Notes: generated from the sequence alone by a model not told the origin. A stretch of 64,000 nucleotides of DNA from Desulfatiglandales bacterium (GCA_963662465.1 OY759599.1:5888001-5952000), one strand, 5' to 3'. Numbered from the stretch's first letter, positions 38,209 to 49,909 are shown. Made by a program: numbers and translations.

Positions 38209-39318
38209 ATGAAAGTGGATGGAAAAGAGATGCGGCCCATTTGGTTTGATACGACTTCAAAAACCGTCCGGGTCATTGACCAGCGCTTCCTTCCCCATGA
38301 ACTGATCATTGAAACGCTCGACACTGTGGATGACGTGATTTGCGCCATTAAAGAGATGTGGGTTCGGGGCGCCCCCCTCATCGGGGCCGCCGGCGCTCTG
38401 GGCGTTTATGTCAGTCTGGTCCGGGAAACCGGTAAGGACGCGGACAATGAATACCTCGAGGCTGAATGCAACCGACTCAAGGATGCGCGGCCCACGGCCA
38501 TGAACCTGTTCTGGGGCGTGGACCGGGTTCGGGATGCGGCTCTGAAAGAGAGCGCCCGCGGCGATCGCGTAAACGCCGCTCTGGCTGAGGCCCTGGCAGT
38601 GTTGGAAGAAGAAGCGGTCAATTGTCAAAAGATCGGCCGACACGGCCTCCCCATCATCGAAGAAATCAGCCGAAAGAAAAACGGAAAGTCGGTCAATATT
38701 CTGACCCACTGTAATGCCGGCTGGCTGGCCTGCATAGAATACGGCACTGCCACCGCCCCTATCTATACCGCCTTTGACCATCATATTGACGTCCATGTCT
38801 GGGTGGACGAAACAAGACCCTTGAACCAGGGCGCCCGCTTGACTGCCTGGGAACTGGGCAAACACGGGATCCCTCACACCGTGATTACGGACAATGCCGG
38901 CGGTCATCTCATGCAGCACGGTATGGTGGATCTGGTCATTGTGGGCACGGACCGAACCACGCGGGCCGGAGATGTGGCCAATAAGATCGGCACCTATTTG
39001 AAGGCCCTGGCCGCCAGGGACAACAACATTCCCTTTTATGTGGCTCTGCCCTCCTCCACCTTTGACTGGGGGATCACCGACGGCATCAAAGATATTCCCA
39101 TTGAGGAACGGGACCCCGATGAAGTCCGATATGTTCGGGGGCTTTGCCATGGTAAAACCGAAACCGTGCTGGTGCCGCCTGAAGACAGCCCTGCCGCCAA
39201 TTACGCCTTTGACGTGACCCCCTCACGCCTGGTGACGGGTTTTATTACGGAAAGGGGCTTCTGTAACGCCGCAGAAGCGGATATTATGGACCTGTTCCCG
39301 GAAAAAAAGACCGTCTAA
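38209..39318 (+). CDS. mtnA: S-methyl-5-thioribose-1-phosphate isomerase
   Basis: VRGAPLIG, RPTA.NL, LTHCNAG.LA, DETRP..QG.RLT.WEL, NKIGTY. Confidence 0.96.
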   Translation: MKVDGKEMRPIWFDTTSKTVRVIDQRFLPHELIIETLDTVDDVICAIKEMWVRGAPLIGAAGALGVYVSLVRETGKDADNEYLEAECNRLKDARPTAMNLFWGVDRVRDAALKESARGDRVNAALAEALAVLEEEAVNCQKIGRHGLPIIEEISRKKNGKSVNILTHCNAGWLACIEYGTATAPIYTAFDHHIDVHVWVDETRPLNQGARLTAWELGKHGIPHTVITDNAGGHLMQHGMVDLVIVGTDRTTRAGDVANKIGTYLKALAARDNNIPFYVALPSSTFDWGITDGIKDIPIEERDPDEVRYVRGLCHGKTETVLVPPEDSPAANYAFDVTPSRLVTGFITERGFCNAAEADIMDLFPEKKTV

Positions 39319-39336
39319 AGGCTTTGGGGTTGCGCC

Positions 39337-40860
39337 GTGAAAAACATCATCCGGAAAATTGAAAGGACCATTGCCCGACACAACATGCTCGACCATGGGG
39401 CCCGGGTTCTGGTGGCTGTATCGGGCGGACCGGATTCCGTGGTGTTGCTGGATGTGCTGGATGGGTTGAAAGCGGCATTCTCGCTGAACCTGGTGGTGGC
39501 CCATTTTGACCACGGTCTCAGGCCGAAGGATGATGAAAGCGAAACCCGGTTTGTGGCATCTCTGGCGGCGTCAAAAAACCTGCTGTTTGTTACGGAAAAG
39601 GCGATATCGCCCATGGGGAAGAGCGGCATGTCCCTTGAAGAAGAAGCCCGAAACCGGCGGTATGAATTCCTCGAACATGCCAAAAAGAAGTCCGTCGCCC
39701 AAAAAATCGCACTGGGGCATACCCTTGACGATCAGGCGGAAACCGTCATTATGAGGCTTTTGCGCGGCAGCGGGTCCGCCGGCCTTTCCGGGATTCCGCC
39801 GGTTCGGGATCATACCATCATCCGGCCCCTCATTGAAATCACCCGCGAGGAAATCCTGAGAGTCCTTGCCCTCCGAAAGCTCCGGTATATCACCGATCCC
39901 TCCAACTTTGAAAAACACCATTTGAGAAACAGAATTCGCCTGGATCTTATGCCCCAGCTGAAGCGCTATCAACCCGAAATCGTTCAGCTGCTGGGTCAAA
40001 CCGCCGGCATTATGCGGGAGGAAAGCCGGTGGCTGGAAAAGGAAGCGGATCGCTGGATTAAAGGGACGGCGCAGGTCCGCGAAACGGGAGTCCATCTGAT
40101 TTCCATCCAAGGGTTTGCGGAACTTGAACCGGCGCTTCAAAGCCGGGTCATTCGACAAATTATCAAGCGTGTCCAAGGAGACCTTCGCCGCATCAGCCTG
40201 CGGCACATCGAGGCGGTAAAAGGATTGGTGCGGGGACGACCCCAGGGGAGGCTAAACCTTCCCAACGGTATTTTCGTCAAAAAAACATATAAAACACTGA
40301 TTATTGGCAAAAAAGAAGAAAAAACGGCCAACGAAAACATTGAGGGATTTCACTATGTGCTGGATGGACCGGGCGCATTCCATCTGGATGCCATCGCCTG
40401 CACCATTGCCATCGAGGAAATCAAAGGGAAAGGGGTTTTTCCAGGGGGCAACCCGTCGCCATGGGTTGCCTACCTGAACCGAGACCATATCCAGTACCCA
40501 TTGATTGTTCGAAGTTTTCTGCCCGGCGACCGGTTTGTTCCCCTGGGCATGCGGGGCCACAAAAAGCTCAAGGATTTCTTCGTGGATAAGAAAGTGCCGA
40601 CCGACATCAGAAGACGTCTTCCCCTGTTGTGCCGGGGAGACGATCTTATCTGGGTATGCGGCCTGAGACTGGACGATCGTTTCAAGGTTCTTCCGGAAAC
40701 AGAGAGGGTCCTGCGGGTTTCCTTTATTTATGGCGAAATTACGGCAGCTTTTCCCCTATGGCCTCATGGACGTCATCCATCAAACGCTGAATGTCCCGCT
40801 TGCCATAGCCCGAAAGGGCAATGGGTTCTCCAATGTGAAGGCTGTAAGAACCCCTATTGA
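39337..40860 (+). CDS. tilS: tRNA(Ile)-lysidine synthetase
   Basis: VAVSGGPDS, GH..DDQAET, IRPL, DPSN...RNRIR, KKLKDFF. Confidence 0.95.
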   Translation: MKNIIRKIERTIARHNMLDHGARVLVAVSGGPDSVVLLDVLDGLKAAFSLNLVVAHFDHGLRPKDDESETRFVASLAASKNLLFVTEKAISPMGKSGMSLEEEARNRRYEFLEHAKKKSVAQKIALGHTLDDQAETVIMRLLRGSGSAGLSGIPPVRDHTIIRPLIEITREEILRVLALRKLRYITDPSNFEKHHLRNRIRLDLMPQLKRYQPEIVQLLGQTAGIMREESRWLEKEADRWIKGTAQVRETGVHLISIQGFAELEPALQSRVIRQIIKRVQGDLRRISLRHIEAVKGLVRGRPQGRLNLPNGIFVKKTYKTLIIGKKEEKTANENIEGFHYVLDGPGAFHLDAIACTIAIEEIKGKGVFPGGNPSPWVAYLNRDHIQYPLIVRSFLPGDRFVPLGMRGHKKLKDFFVDKKVPTDIRRRLPLLCRGDDLIWVCGLRLDDRFKVLPETERVLRVSFIYGEITAAFPLWPHGRHPSNAECPACHSPKGQWVLQCEGCKNPY

Positions 40861-41449
40861 TGCGAAGACTCCCCTTTTTGGCAATCCGATGGCTGCCGTT
40901 GATGGCAACCGGCACGATATCGCAACCGGATTTGAAGGCCAGGTTAAACCCGCCCCGTTTGAAAGATTGCAGCCGACCGTCCGGACTTCGGGTGCCTTCC
41001 GGGAAAATCAGCACCGAGGCCCCCTCCCTGATCCGTTTCGCCGCCAGGGCGATACTTTTGACCGCTTTCCTGGGGTCTTTTCTTTCAACCCCGATATAAC
41101 CCGCGCCCCTCATGGCGGGTCCGAGGAGCGGAATATTCATGAGTTCCTGTTTTAAAATGAACTTGAAGTCTACCGGCAGAAAGGCCAGCAGGGTCCAGAT
41201 GTCAAAAAAGCTCTGATGGTTGCACATGTAGATACGCGGAATATTCGGGTTTACATTTTCCCTGCCCCGAACCGTTACCCGAATGCCGCAGACGCGCAAA
41301 ATGACTTTGGCCCAGGGCACGGCGCAACGAAAGTGAACCGCCCGACCCGACCCCCAAAAGATGGGGATCACCAATGCCCATAGACACATGATAACGGAAA
41401 AAAGACCAATAAAAGCGTTTAACGCAATATATCTCAACATGTTTAGCAT
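40739..41449 (-). CDS. plsC: 1-acyl-sn-glycerol-3-phosphate acyltransferase
   Basis: NHQSFFD, IFPEGTRS, FK.G.F. Confidence 0.9.
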   Translation of the reverse strand: MLNMLRYIALNAFIGLFSVIMCLWALVIPIFWGSGRAVHFRCAVPWAKVILRVCGIRVTVRGRENVNPNIPRIYMCNHQSFFDIWTLLAFLPVDFKFILKQELMNIPLLGPAMRGAGYIGVERKDPRKAVKSIALAAKRIREGASVLIFPEGTRSPDGRLQSFKRGGFNLAFKSGCDIVPVAINGSHRIAKKGSLRINRGSYSLHIGEPIALSGYGKRDIQRLMDDVHEAIGEKLP

Positions 41450-41466
41450 CCTCTCCCTGATTCAAA

Positions 41467-43676
41467 TCAAACCGGCTGTGTTGTCGGCAGCTCAATCCTC
41501 AAAACAACATCCTCCCCGTCCCGAAAAACATCCACTTTTCCCCCATGCCGGTTGATGACCACCTTGGCCAGGGGCAAATCGTGAATGGTGGTTTCCGCCT
41601 TGCCGGTAAAACGGGGGAAAAAAAACTGGCTCAGATCATCTTCGGCCAGACCTTTTGCATTATGCCGGATGGTGACCGCCACATTTTCGGCTTCCATGGC
41701 CGTTTGAAGGAAAAGTTTTTCCCCTTCCGGCATGTTAATGACTTCATTTTTTAAGATACCGCCAAAGGCCCGTTTCAGGAAAGCGCCGTCACCCTGAATC
41801 CGTGGGATGGACGGGGAAAGCAGGGTTTCAAGGGCGATTTTTTTGACGGCGATTCGTTCGGCCTCTTCATCGAGGGAACTCAGGAGGATCTCATTGATGT
41901 CCACGGTGACGATGTTGAGTGAAAAAGGCTTTATGGACGCCAGGATGCTTTTCAGGATATCTTCCAGTTTGCTCACTTCGTCAACGATGATTTTGGCAAA
42001 CATTTTCTCCCGTTCATTTTCCGTAAGGGCATCCTGCAGCCGACGGGCAAAACCGCCCACAGTGGCCAGAGGATTTCTCATTTCGTGAGCGAAACGTGCG
42101 GATATTTCCCCCAGAAGCCGAACTTCTTCCGTACGCAATGCCTTTTCCTGAAGCTGTTTAAGCTCGGTGATATCCACCATGATGCCCTCGAACCAGCGGA
42201 GGTTGCCGGAGTCGTCCCAGGAGGGAATGGCGTCATCCATAAACACGTGTTTGCGGTCCTGCCGGTCTTTGACCACCCGTTCCACGCGGAACCCTTTGGC
42301 ATCTTTTTTCATGGCCGCCATGAGCGTTTCACTTTGATCCCTGTCGCATCCCCAGACCCTTTTCTGCCAGAAAAACCGGCGCCCCACCATATCATCGGGA
42401 TCAAACCCCAAGGTATTGATCAGGTAGGGATTGATAAACTCGATGGTGCCGTCACTCAAAATCCGATATACTCCCAAGGGCAGATTATCCACCAGGGTTC
42501 GGTATTTCTCTTCTGAAGAAACCAGGTCCGCGGTCCGCTCCTGAACCCGTCTCTCAAGGGTTTTGGCATAATTTTCAACCTGCAATCGCCGTGCCTTGAG
42601 AGAGTTGAGCATGGTGTTGAGCGAATGGCCCAGGACCCCGATCTCATCATTGGGACCGGGCTTCAGCCGGGTTTCCCTTTTTCCCTGGGCAATCTCCTGA
42701 GCGCCGGCCACCATTTTCTTAATGGGGCGGATAAAGAGAACCGCCACAACCCATACCAGAAAGAAAGAGATACAAATGCCGATAAGCCCCATAACGATCA
42801 TCAGGGTTCTTGTTCGGGACAACCGGGCCATAATGGCCGAACGATTATTTCGATCTCCACCATGGCCACTACCTCTCCCCGGTAATCTCTGATGGGGCCC
42901 ACCAGCAGGGCGATGTTTGGAAATTGAGACGGCGCAATCAAAATCCGGATTTGTTTTATGGCGCCGGGAACGAGGGATTTTGTTAAAGAAAAGGTCTTTC
43001 CCGGACCATTGGTGGATGCCAGCAGGGGATAAGCGGTTGGACTCTTTTTTTCGTAAACGGCAAAATCGGGCCCCCAACGCTCCTTGAGATGTTGCAAGAA
43101 AAGGCGGCCAAAGGGATACCCGATTTCCAGGCTTCCCACCAGTTCGTTGTTCAGGGATACCGGCGCGACCCCCCGAATGCCCAGGCCCGTCATCCCCCAT
43201 TCAAGGCCCATTTTGCCCTTGCCGCTTTTCAATGCGTCCATGATGCTGGTTCGGTAGGCAATCATTTCACCCCATTGCTCCGGCATGTGAACCCGTAGAT
43301 AGGATTTCCCGGGCAAAACGTGAAAATGCAGTTGGCGAATGCCGAAATCTTTTTTGAGTTCCTCATACAAGGGGGATGCATAATCCAGAAGCCCTTTTCG
43401 GTCTTGTTCCGACAACAGCTTTTGAATCATGGGATTTTCAGAAATAATGGTCGCCATGGAAAGCGCCTGCTCTCCTTTCTGGCGAACCGACGCCAGAAAA
43501 AGCTGATAAATACGAAACAGCTCTTTTTTTTCCTCTTCCTTGATAATTTCCTGCTGTGAATGCAGACTGATGTAAACCAGGGAGGTCGTTCCGGCGAAAG
43601 AAAAAAACAGAAAGGGAATCAGAAGCTTCCACTTCAAACTGATACCCTGTACGCGATTTATGAAATCAGAAAACAT
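41467..43676 (-). pseudogene. Cache-HAMP-PAS sensor histidine kinase split by a 1-bp frameshift near 42846
   Basis: ORF 42801..43676 encodes TM plus Cache up to VAMVEIEI. ORF 41467..43200 carries NRSAIMARL, TM2, HAMP, PAS and AHEMRNPL. One extra A in GAAATAATCGT would join them. Confidence 0.8.
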
Positions 43677-43680
43677 AGGC

Positions 43681-43900
43681 TTATCGGTTTACGGTTGCCG
43701 GTTTACAGTTTACGGTTGCTTCCCGCTCCCACGCTCTAGCGTGGGAACCCGTTGGCATCTTGATATATTATCTAACAGCTGTCATTAGGCCTTATTCCCA
43801 GAAACCTGTCACAAAAAACAAGAAATTTATTCCTGGGAAAACTGGTAAGAAAACCCATAATTCATTGAAAAACCGTAAACCGGCAACCGTAAACGGTTAC
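43681..43900. mobile_element. Miniature heptamer-repeat inverted element A
   Basis: Left GGTTTAC-GGTTGCC-GGTTTAC-AGTTTAC; right AACCGTA-AACCGGC-AACCGTAAACGGTTAC. Shares AACCCATAATTCATTGAAAAACC with element B (inverted). Confidence 0.7.
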
Positions 43901-44637
43901 TTTTTTTCAGGCAAGGCCATTTGGTTCATATCGTTCAGTATCCTTTTCTGCCGTTTCAGCACCCGAACATTGGGTTTTATGGGGGACCAGCGATGGGGGC
44001 TGGGCAGTATGGCGGCTAGAAGCGCCGCCTGTGTTCGGGAGACGCGGCTTGCGGAAACATGGAAATATGCACTTGCCGCCGCTTCAATGCCCCTGATTCC
44101 TTTTCCCCAATCCACGGTGTTGAGATAAATTTCCAAAATCCGCTTTTTAGAGAGAAAAATCTCAAGCAATACCGTGTAATATGCCTCAAACCCTTTTCGT
44201 ATCCAGGTCCTGGAAGGCCAGAGGAATACCGTTCTGGCCACCTGCATGGTAAGGGTGCTGGCCCCCCTGAAACCCTTTCCCATGGCGAGGTCTTTGATGG
44301 CTTCGTTAAGCTCAATAAGATCGAAGCCGTTGTGGGTTAAAAACCGCTGATCTTCAGCCGCAAGGACCGCTTTTTTGACGGACGACGATATTTGTTCCGA
44401 TGAAAGCCAGCGTAAGGATGGTCCTGTCGACCGGATGTGAAATCCTTCGATCATGGATTTTAACGGCGTTATCAGGAACGAAGGAGGATTAATGTATCGC
44501 AAAAAGACCACCTGGAGGATGCTGATGCAAACCACCACCGCGACAAAACCACATCCCCACTTTATGGCCCAATGAAAGCGCTTTCTTTCCTTTTTTTTGA
44601 CCGTTTTTCCTACGCCTGCTTTTTTACCGCTTCCCAT
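43897..44637 (-). CDS. mtgA: Monofunctional peptidoglycan transglycosylase
   Basis: AAEDQRF..H.GFD, GASTLTMQVA, RK..E, K.RILEIYLN. Confidence 0.93.
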   Translation of the reverse strand: MGSGKKAGVGKTVKKKERKRFHWAIKWGCGFVAVVVCISILQVVFLRYINPPSFLITPLKSMIEGFHIRSTGPSLRWLSSEQISSSVKKAVLAAEDQRFLTHNGFDLIELNEAIKDLAMGKGFRGASTLTMQVARTVFLWPSRTWIRKGFEAYYTVLLEIFLSKKRILEIYLNTVDWGKGIRGIEAAASAYFHVSASRVSRTQAALLAAILPSPHRWSPIKPNVRVLKRQKRILNDMNQMALPEKK

Positions 44638-45413
44638 GCCCTATTCATTTGATCGACGGTTGCCTCTTCCATGGAGACGCCCCTTTGATCTAAAAGTTTT
44701 TCCATTTGCTCAAAACGGTTCAGAAATTTTCGGTTTGCCGATCTTAAAAGATCCTCCGCGTTTCTCCCCCAGTGTCTGCTCATATTGACCAGGCTGAACA
44801 AAAGGTCCCCCATTTCCTCGATAACCGCCGTTTCATCGTCGTCGCTCACCGCCGTTTTCAGTTCCGCCACTTCCTCCAGAACCTTTTCCCAGACCTCTTC
44901 TCTGCCGGCCCAGTCGAAACCTGTTTTGGCGGCCCTTTCACTTAATCGGTGGGCTCTCAAAAGGGCGGGCAGTCCATCCGGCACATTTTTCAATGAAAAA
45001 GAAACCGGCTCGACCGCACCCGCTTCTTCCCGTTTGATCCTGGCCCAGTTGACGGCCACTTGTTCGGCTGAGGTTACCTTTTCATCCGAAAAAACATGGG
45101 GATGTCGGTGAATCATTTTCGCCGTAATTTTTTCTACCACTTCGGCAAAATCAAACTCCCCCTTTTCCGCTGCCAGCTCAGCCAGGAAAACAATTTGAAA
45201 CAGCAGGTCTCCCAGTTCCCCGCGGGTTTCCGCGGGCGATCCATTTTCGATGGCGTCCAACACCTCATAGGCTTCTTCAATGAGATAGATTTTAATGGTG
45301 GCATCGGTCTGTTTGGCATCCCAGGGACAGCCTCCCGGTCCGCGAAGTCGCCTCACCAGCGTCAACAGATCGCCCATGGCTTTACCCAGCTTATCAGTGT
45401 CGATTTTTTTCAT
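44610..45413 (-). CDS. mazG: Nucleoside triphosphate pyrophosphohydrolase
   Basis: LR.P.GCPWD..QT, EEAYE, ELGDLLFQ, RHPHVF, GFDW, EEMGDLLF. Confidence 0.96.
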   Translation of the reverse strand: MKKIDTDKLGKAMGDLLTLVRRLRGPGGCPWDAKQTDATIKIYLIEEAYEVLDAIENGSPAETRGELGDLLFQIVFLAELAAEKGEFDFAEVVEKITAKMIHRHPHVFSDEKVTSAEQVAVNWARIKREEAGAVEPVSFSLKNVPDGLPALLRAHRLSERAAKTGFDWAGREEVWEKVLEEVAELKTAVSDDDETAVIEEMGDLLFSLVNMSRHWGRNAEDLLRSANRKFLNRFEQMEKLLDQRGVSMEEATVDQMNRAWEAVKKQA

Positions 45414-45420
45414 TTAAAGC

Positions 45421-45960
45421 TCAAATCTTTCCTTTAAAAACCTCTTGGAGATTCTTTTTTTGTTGATCAAATGACTTTTTCAGCTTTTGGTGGGAATCCG
45501 AAGGGATGAACCCGACCATGGTCTGATAAGCGGCGACAACGACCGGCGTGAGCCGTGATTGTGCCATAAGGGGCGACGTTGCCGGCACAAAAAATGTCGC
45601 CACAACAATGATGACATAGCTTAGAATAACGCCTTTCACCAGCGCCAGGCCGGCTCCCAGCATCCGGTCCACCCATCCCAGGAATATTTTTTGAAACAGC
45701 TTCTTTAAAGCCCAGCCGGCCAGGTTACACAACACCAGGACCATCAGGAAAATAAGGGCAAATGCCATCAAAGACAGAAATTTTTCCGAAACAATAAATC
45801 TTTTTAGAAAATCCGTCATCTGCACATGGTAAACATTGGCCAGCCAAATCCCCAGAACAACGCCTGCCAGGGAAGCGATTTCTCGAATAAACCCCCGAAA
45901 AACACCTCGAATGAGAAAAAAAATCGTTGCCGCAATGATGATAATATCCAGAATGTTCAT
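45421..45960 (-). CDS. cvpA: CvpA family membrane protein
   Basis: LDIII.......RG..RGFIRE, DR.LG..L...KG. Start reassigned to ATG 45960. Confidence 0.88.
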   Translation of the reverse strand: MNILDIIIIAATIFFLIRGVFRGFIREIASLAGVVLGIWLANVYHVQMTDFLKRFIVSEKFLSLMAFALIFLMVLVLCNLAGWALKKLFQKIFLGWVDRMLGAGLALVKGVILSYVIIVVATFFVPATSPLMAQSRLTPVVVAAYQTMVGFIPSDSHQKLKKSFDQQKKNLQEVFKGKI

Positions 45961-45966
45961 GGTCTC

Positions 45967-46173
45967 GTAACCGTTCACAGGGTGCAGTTGTCAGGGTGCA
46001 GAAAAATCAGCTTCGATTCAGATTTAAACAAATTGCCTTGATCTAATGACGCCAAATAGCATAATTGGCAAATCCTTTTCAATATTGATGCTTAATCATG
46101 CATCCCTTTTCCAATCACCTAAGTCTTCGAATTTTATCCTGCCCCCTGTCCCCTGTCCCCTGTGAACGGCTGA
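45967..46173. mobile_element. Miniature heptamer-repeat inverted element C
   Basis: Ends GTAACCGTTCACAGGG ... CCCTGTGAACGGCTGA with CCCTGTC heptamers. Confidence 0.65.
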
Positions 46174-47735
46174 TGTTCTTTCCTGAGCAGGTCATTGACG
46201 GTTTTTACGGGATTAAACGTCATAATCGGCACTTCAACAAAAAGTGTAATCCAGTGCGCCATGCTGCCATTCCAGAGTCCCGGATGTTCCAAGGCCTTGA
46301 GTTCTTTTCCGTCCTTGGATTTCAGGGAAATAAAAACCGTATCCGGGTCCACAAAATCCCTTAAATCAAATGGGTTACCCCGCCAGTCCCGAACCCCGCA
46401 TACCAGGTCCACGGGATTGAAATGGGTGGCGCCGGCCAGAATGGCCTGCTGGGCCTCGTCATCCGGGTCGATCTGGGCCGTCTCAACAATCTGGCGTGAT
46501 TTTCCGCTCGATGTCTCTTTTACCCAGAAAGGTCCGCCGCCTGGCTCCCCCGTATTTTTGACCATGCCGCAGACACGGACTGGCCGGTCGAGTCGCTCCA
46601 TGAGATAACGCCTTCTTTCTTCTGAATTTGCGTTTTTCATGGCAGAGGGCATTGCAATCAAAAGATCTTTTTCCAAAAATTCCGCTGTTTCATCCAAAAG
46701 TCGGCCTGATGCTGATCCAGAGGTCAGTTCTTCCATGTAGCGGGCGATTCGATTTTGGATGGAGATCAGATACCCTCCCATGACTTTTTTCCATAGGATG
46801 GTCACTCCCTTGAGATAATCGGGAACCACATTGTCAATATTTTTGACGAAAACAATATCGCCCTGAAGGTCGTTTATATTTTCAAGCAGTGCCCCATGCC
46901 CTCCCGGCCGAAACAGCAACTGACCGTTTCCCAAACGAAAAGGCCGATTTTCCAAATCCACCGCAAGGGTATCTGTGGCGGCTTTCTGTGTGGAAAAAGC
47001 CACATGGTAATGCACCTGGTATCTTTTTTCAAGGATAGGTTCAATTCCATGAAAATAGGCTTCAAACCGTTTTAGATGTTCAGGGGAAACAGTAAAATGC
47101 ATGGGACAACGGCCCGCGGCGTCACAGGTGTAAGTTACCGCCTCCACCAGGTGCTCCTCAAAGGCGGTACGATTCCCTTCCGGATACCCATGGAACATGA
47201 GCAGTCCTTTGGGTAACCCGGCATAATTCAGGCCCTCTTCCTTCAACAACAACCGGATAATGTCCCTGAACCTGCCCTGATTCAAGAATTCTCCCATGGA
47301 CAGCCCTTTTTCGGAAAGCGCCGAAGATAAGTCCTGAAAAAAAGCAAACCTGGAAATGCCTTCCATGAAAACCAACAACTGTTCGGCATCGGCCTTACCG
47401 GCAGCGGCTTCCCTGGAAACCGCATCCCGTTCAATTTCCCCGGCCTGATTCAAATACGCCGACAGGACCTTGAACATTCTGGAAGCCGCTCCCGAAGCGG
47501 GAACAAACTTGAGGCAGAAACGCTTGTGCCTTTCCCTTTCGTAAAGCGCCGTCAATGCTTTTTGCTCTTCACGGCTGAAAACAGCGATCCCTTCCCCGGG
47601 AACGCATGGGCCCACAAGTTTGAGATAGGGTCTGGCTGTTTTAAACAAGTCAACTTGTCGTTCCGCCTCCTTCGAGGTAATTCCGTGTGCGGTCATCTGG
47701 GCCGTATCATCGTCATTGAACATTTCTCCGTCCAT
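46134..47735 (-). CDS. DUF4301 family protein
   Basis: KFVPASGAASRMFK, FRPGGHGAL, KNIDNV, GEPGGGPFW, THFNPVD, PGLWNGSM. Start reassigned to ATG 47735. Confidence 0.9.
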   Translation of the reverse strand: MDGEMFNDDDTAQMTAHGITSKEAERQVDLFKTARPYLKLVGPCVPGEGIAVFSREEQKALTALYERERHKRFCLKFVPASGAASRMFKVLSAYLNQAGEIERDAVSREAAAGKADAEQLLVFMEGISRFAFFQDLSSALSEKGLSMGEFLNQGRFRDIIRLLLKEEGLNYAGLPKGLLMFHGYPEGNRTAFEEHLVEAVTYTCDAAGRCPMHFTVSPEHLKRFEAYFHGIEPILEKRYQVHYHVAFSTQKAATDTLAVDLENRPFRLGNGQLLFRPGGHGALLENINDLQGDIVFVKNIDNVVPDYLKGVTILWKKVMGGYLISIQNRIARYMEELTSGSASGRLLDETAEFLEKDLLIAMPSAMKNANSEERRRYLMERLDRPVRVCGMVKNTGEPGGGPFWVKETSSGKSRQIVETAQIDPDDEAQQAILAGATHFNPVDLVCGVRDWRGNPFDLRDFVDPDTVFISLKSKDGKELKALEHPGLWNGSMAHWITLFVEVPIMTFNPVKTVNDLLRKEHQPFTGDRGQGAG

Positions 47736-48044
47736 ACCATCTCCCTCCTGCTTGTCATTTGCATCAAAATGCTGTGGGATGAGGCCGAATGTCAACAAAA
47801 AAAACAAGGCCCGGACACCCGGTAATCAAGGCAAAGAGACCCTTTTACGAAATGGATTTACAAATTTCTATGGAATTTGGGAAAATTGTAACTATAATGT
47901 TAAGATTGTGCATCCAGGGCGCAGGTTTTTCCTTGTGGAAACATTTCAGAAACCCTGCGCTGTGTTCAAAAAGGCGATCATGACCGGCGCTTTGGATGGA
48001 AATTTTCAAATGACCGACAGTCTCTTCATGGAGGTGACAGACCG

Positions 48045-49901
48045 TTGAACCCTTTCTATAAAAATCTCGCCCTGTGGCTCGTCATCAGTTTAATGATGGT
48101 CATGCTGTTTCAAATGTTTAAACACCCTGACAGGAGCAATGTCAAGATCAGTTACAGCGATTTCCTGAACATGGTGGAAAGCGGCGGCGTCAATCAGGTA
48201 ATCATTCAAGGGGAAAACATTTCGGGCATGTCCGGCCAGGGGCCATTTCGGACCTATGCCCCGAAAGATCCTGAACTTATCGGCATGCTCAGAAGCAAGG
48301 GCGTTGCCATCACCGCCAAACCCATGGAAGAATCACCCTGGTTCCAGGTATTTTTATCCTGGGTTCCCATGCTGCTGCTCATCGGCGTATGGATATTTTT
48401 CATGAAACAGATGCAGGCGGGCGGCGGAAAAGCCATGTCGTTTGGAAAAAGTCGCGCCAGGCTCATGACGGATGCTCAGGAGAAGGTCACTTTTGAAGAT
48501 GTGGCGGGCATTGACGAAGCCAAGGATGAGCTGGGGGAAATCGTGGACTTTCTCAGCGATCCCAAGAAATTTACCCGACTGGGAGGCCGAATCCCCAAGG
48601 GCGTCCTTCTGGTGGGAAGCCCGGGCACGGGAAAAACCCTTCTGGCCCGCGCCATTGCGGGAGAAGCGGGGGTTCCCTTTTTTACCATCAGCGGTTCCGA
48701 TTTCGTGGAAATGTTTGTGGGCGTCGGCGCAAGCCGGGTCAGGGATCTTTTCAACCAGGGGAAAAAGAACGCGCCCTGCATTATTTTCATCGATGAAATT
48801 GACGCCGTGGGACGGCATCGGGGCGCGGGATTGGGCGGCGGCCACGACGAACGGGAACAGACCCTGAATCAACTCCTGGTGGAAATGGACGGTTTTGAGT
48901 CCAATGAGGGGGTCATTCTCATCTCGGCCACAAACAGGCCGGACGTGTTGGACCCGGCCCTTTTGAGACCGGGCCGTTTTGACCGGCAGGTGGTGGTTCC
49001 GGTGCCGGATCTGACGGGGCGCGAGGGTATTTTGAAAGTACACCTCAGAAAAAAAATGGTCGCTGAAAATCTGGATACGTCCATCCTGGCCAGGGGAACC
49101 CCGGGGTTTACCGGCGCCGACATCGAAAATATGGTCAACGAAGCCGCGCTCATGGCCGCAAGGCGCGGCAAAGATAAAATTGAAATGGCCGATTTTGAGG
49201 ATGCCAAAGACAAGGTCCTCATGGGAACCGAGCGGAAAAGCATGATTATCAGCGAAAGCGAAAAAAAGATCACCGCCTACCATGAGTCCGGGCACACCCT
49301 GGTGGCCCGGTTGCTTCCCGGTACGGACCCCATTCACAAGGTAACGATTATCCCCAGGGGGAGGGCACTGGGCTTGACCCTGCAACTGCCGACCGATGAA
49401 AAACACACCTATCCGAAGGAACACCTGCTCAGTAATATTGCCATATTGATGGGGGGGCGTGCCGCCGAAAAAATTGTTTTGAATACGGAAACCACCGGCG
49501 CGGGAAACGATATTGAGCGAGCCTCGGACCTGGCCCGAAAAATGGTCTGTTCTTTCGGCATGAGCGAAGAACTGGGTCCCTTGAGTTTTGGAAAGAAAGA
49601 CGAACAGATTTTTCTGGGCAGAGAGCTTTCACAACATAGGGATTATGGTGAAGATACCGCTAAAAAGATTGATGAGGAAGTCAGGAGAATTGTTACAAAC
49701 GCCTATGACGACTCCTGTCAGCTTATCAAAGACCATCTGAACACCATACACAACATGGCCAACGCGCTGCTGGAAAAGGAAACCTTAAACAACAAGGATA
49801 TTGAGGAAATCATGGCCGGAGATAAGAAATGGGACCGGAAAAGCACTCCTGACCCGAAATCCGCTGATGACCCGGAAGCATCAACAATCTCACAGGGCTA
49901 G
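48045..49901 (+). CDS. ftsH: ATP-dependent zinc metalloprotease FtsH
   Basis: Two TM segments, [26 protein letters not shown]. Confidence 0.98.
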   Translation: MNPFYKNLALWLVISLMMVMLFQMFKHPDRSNVKISYSDFLNMVESGGVNQVIIQGENISGMSGQGPFRTYAPKDPELIGMLRSKGVAITAKPMEESPWFQVFLSWVPMLLLIGVWIFFMKQMQAGGGKAMSFGKSRARLMTDAQEKVTFEDVAGIDEAKDELGEIVDFLSDPKKFTRLGGRIPKGVLLVGSPGTGKTLLARAIAGEAGVPFFTISGSDFVEMFVGVGASRVRDLFNQGKKNAPCIIFIDEIDAVGRHRGAGLGGGHDEREQTLNQLLVEMDGFESNEGVILISATNRPDVLDPALLRPGRFDRQVVVPVPDLTGREGILKVHLRKKMVAENLDTSILARGTPGFTGADIENMVNEAALMAARRGKDKIEMADFEDAKDKVLMGTERKSMIISESEKKITAYHESGHTLVARLLPGTDPIHKVTIIPRGRALGLTLQLPTDEKHTYPKEHLLSNIAILMGGRAAEKIVLNTETTGAGNDIERASDLARKMVCSFGMSEELGPLSFGKKDEQIFLGRELSQHRDYGEDTAKKIDEEVRRIVTNAYDDSCQLIKDHLNTIHNMANALLEKETLNNKDIEEIMAGDKKWDRKSTPDPKSADDPEASTISQG

Positions 49902-49909
49902 AATTTTAC

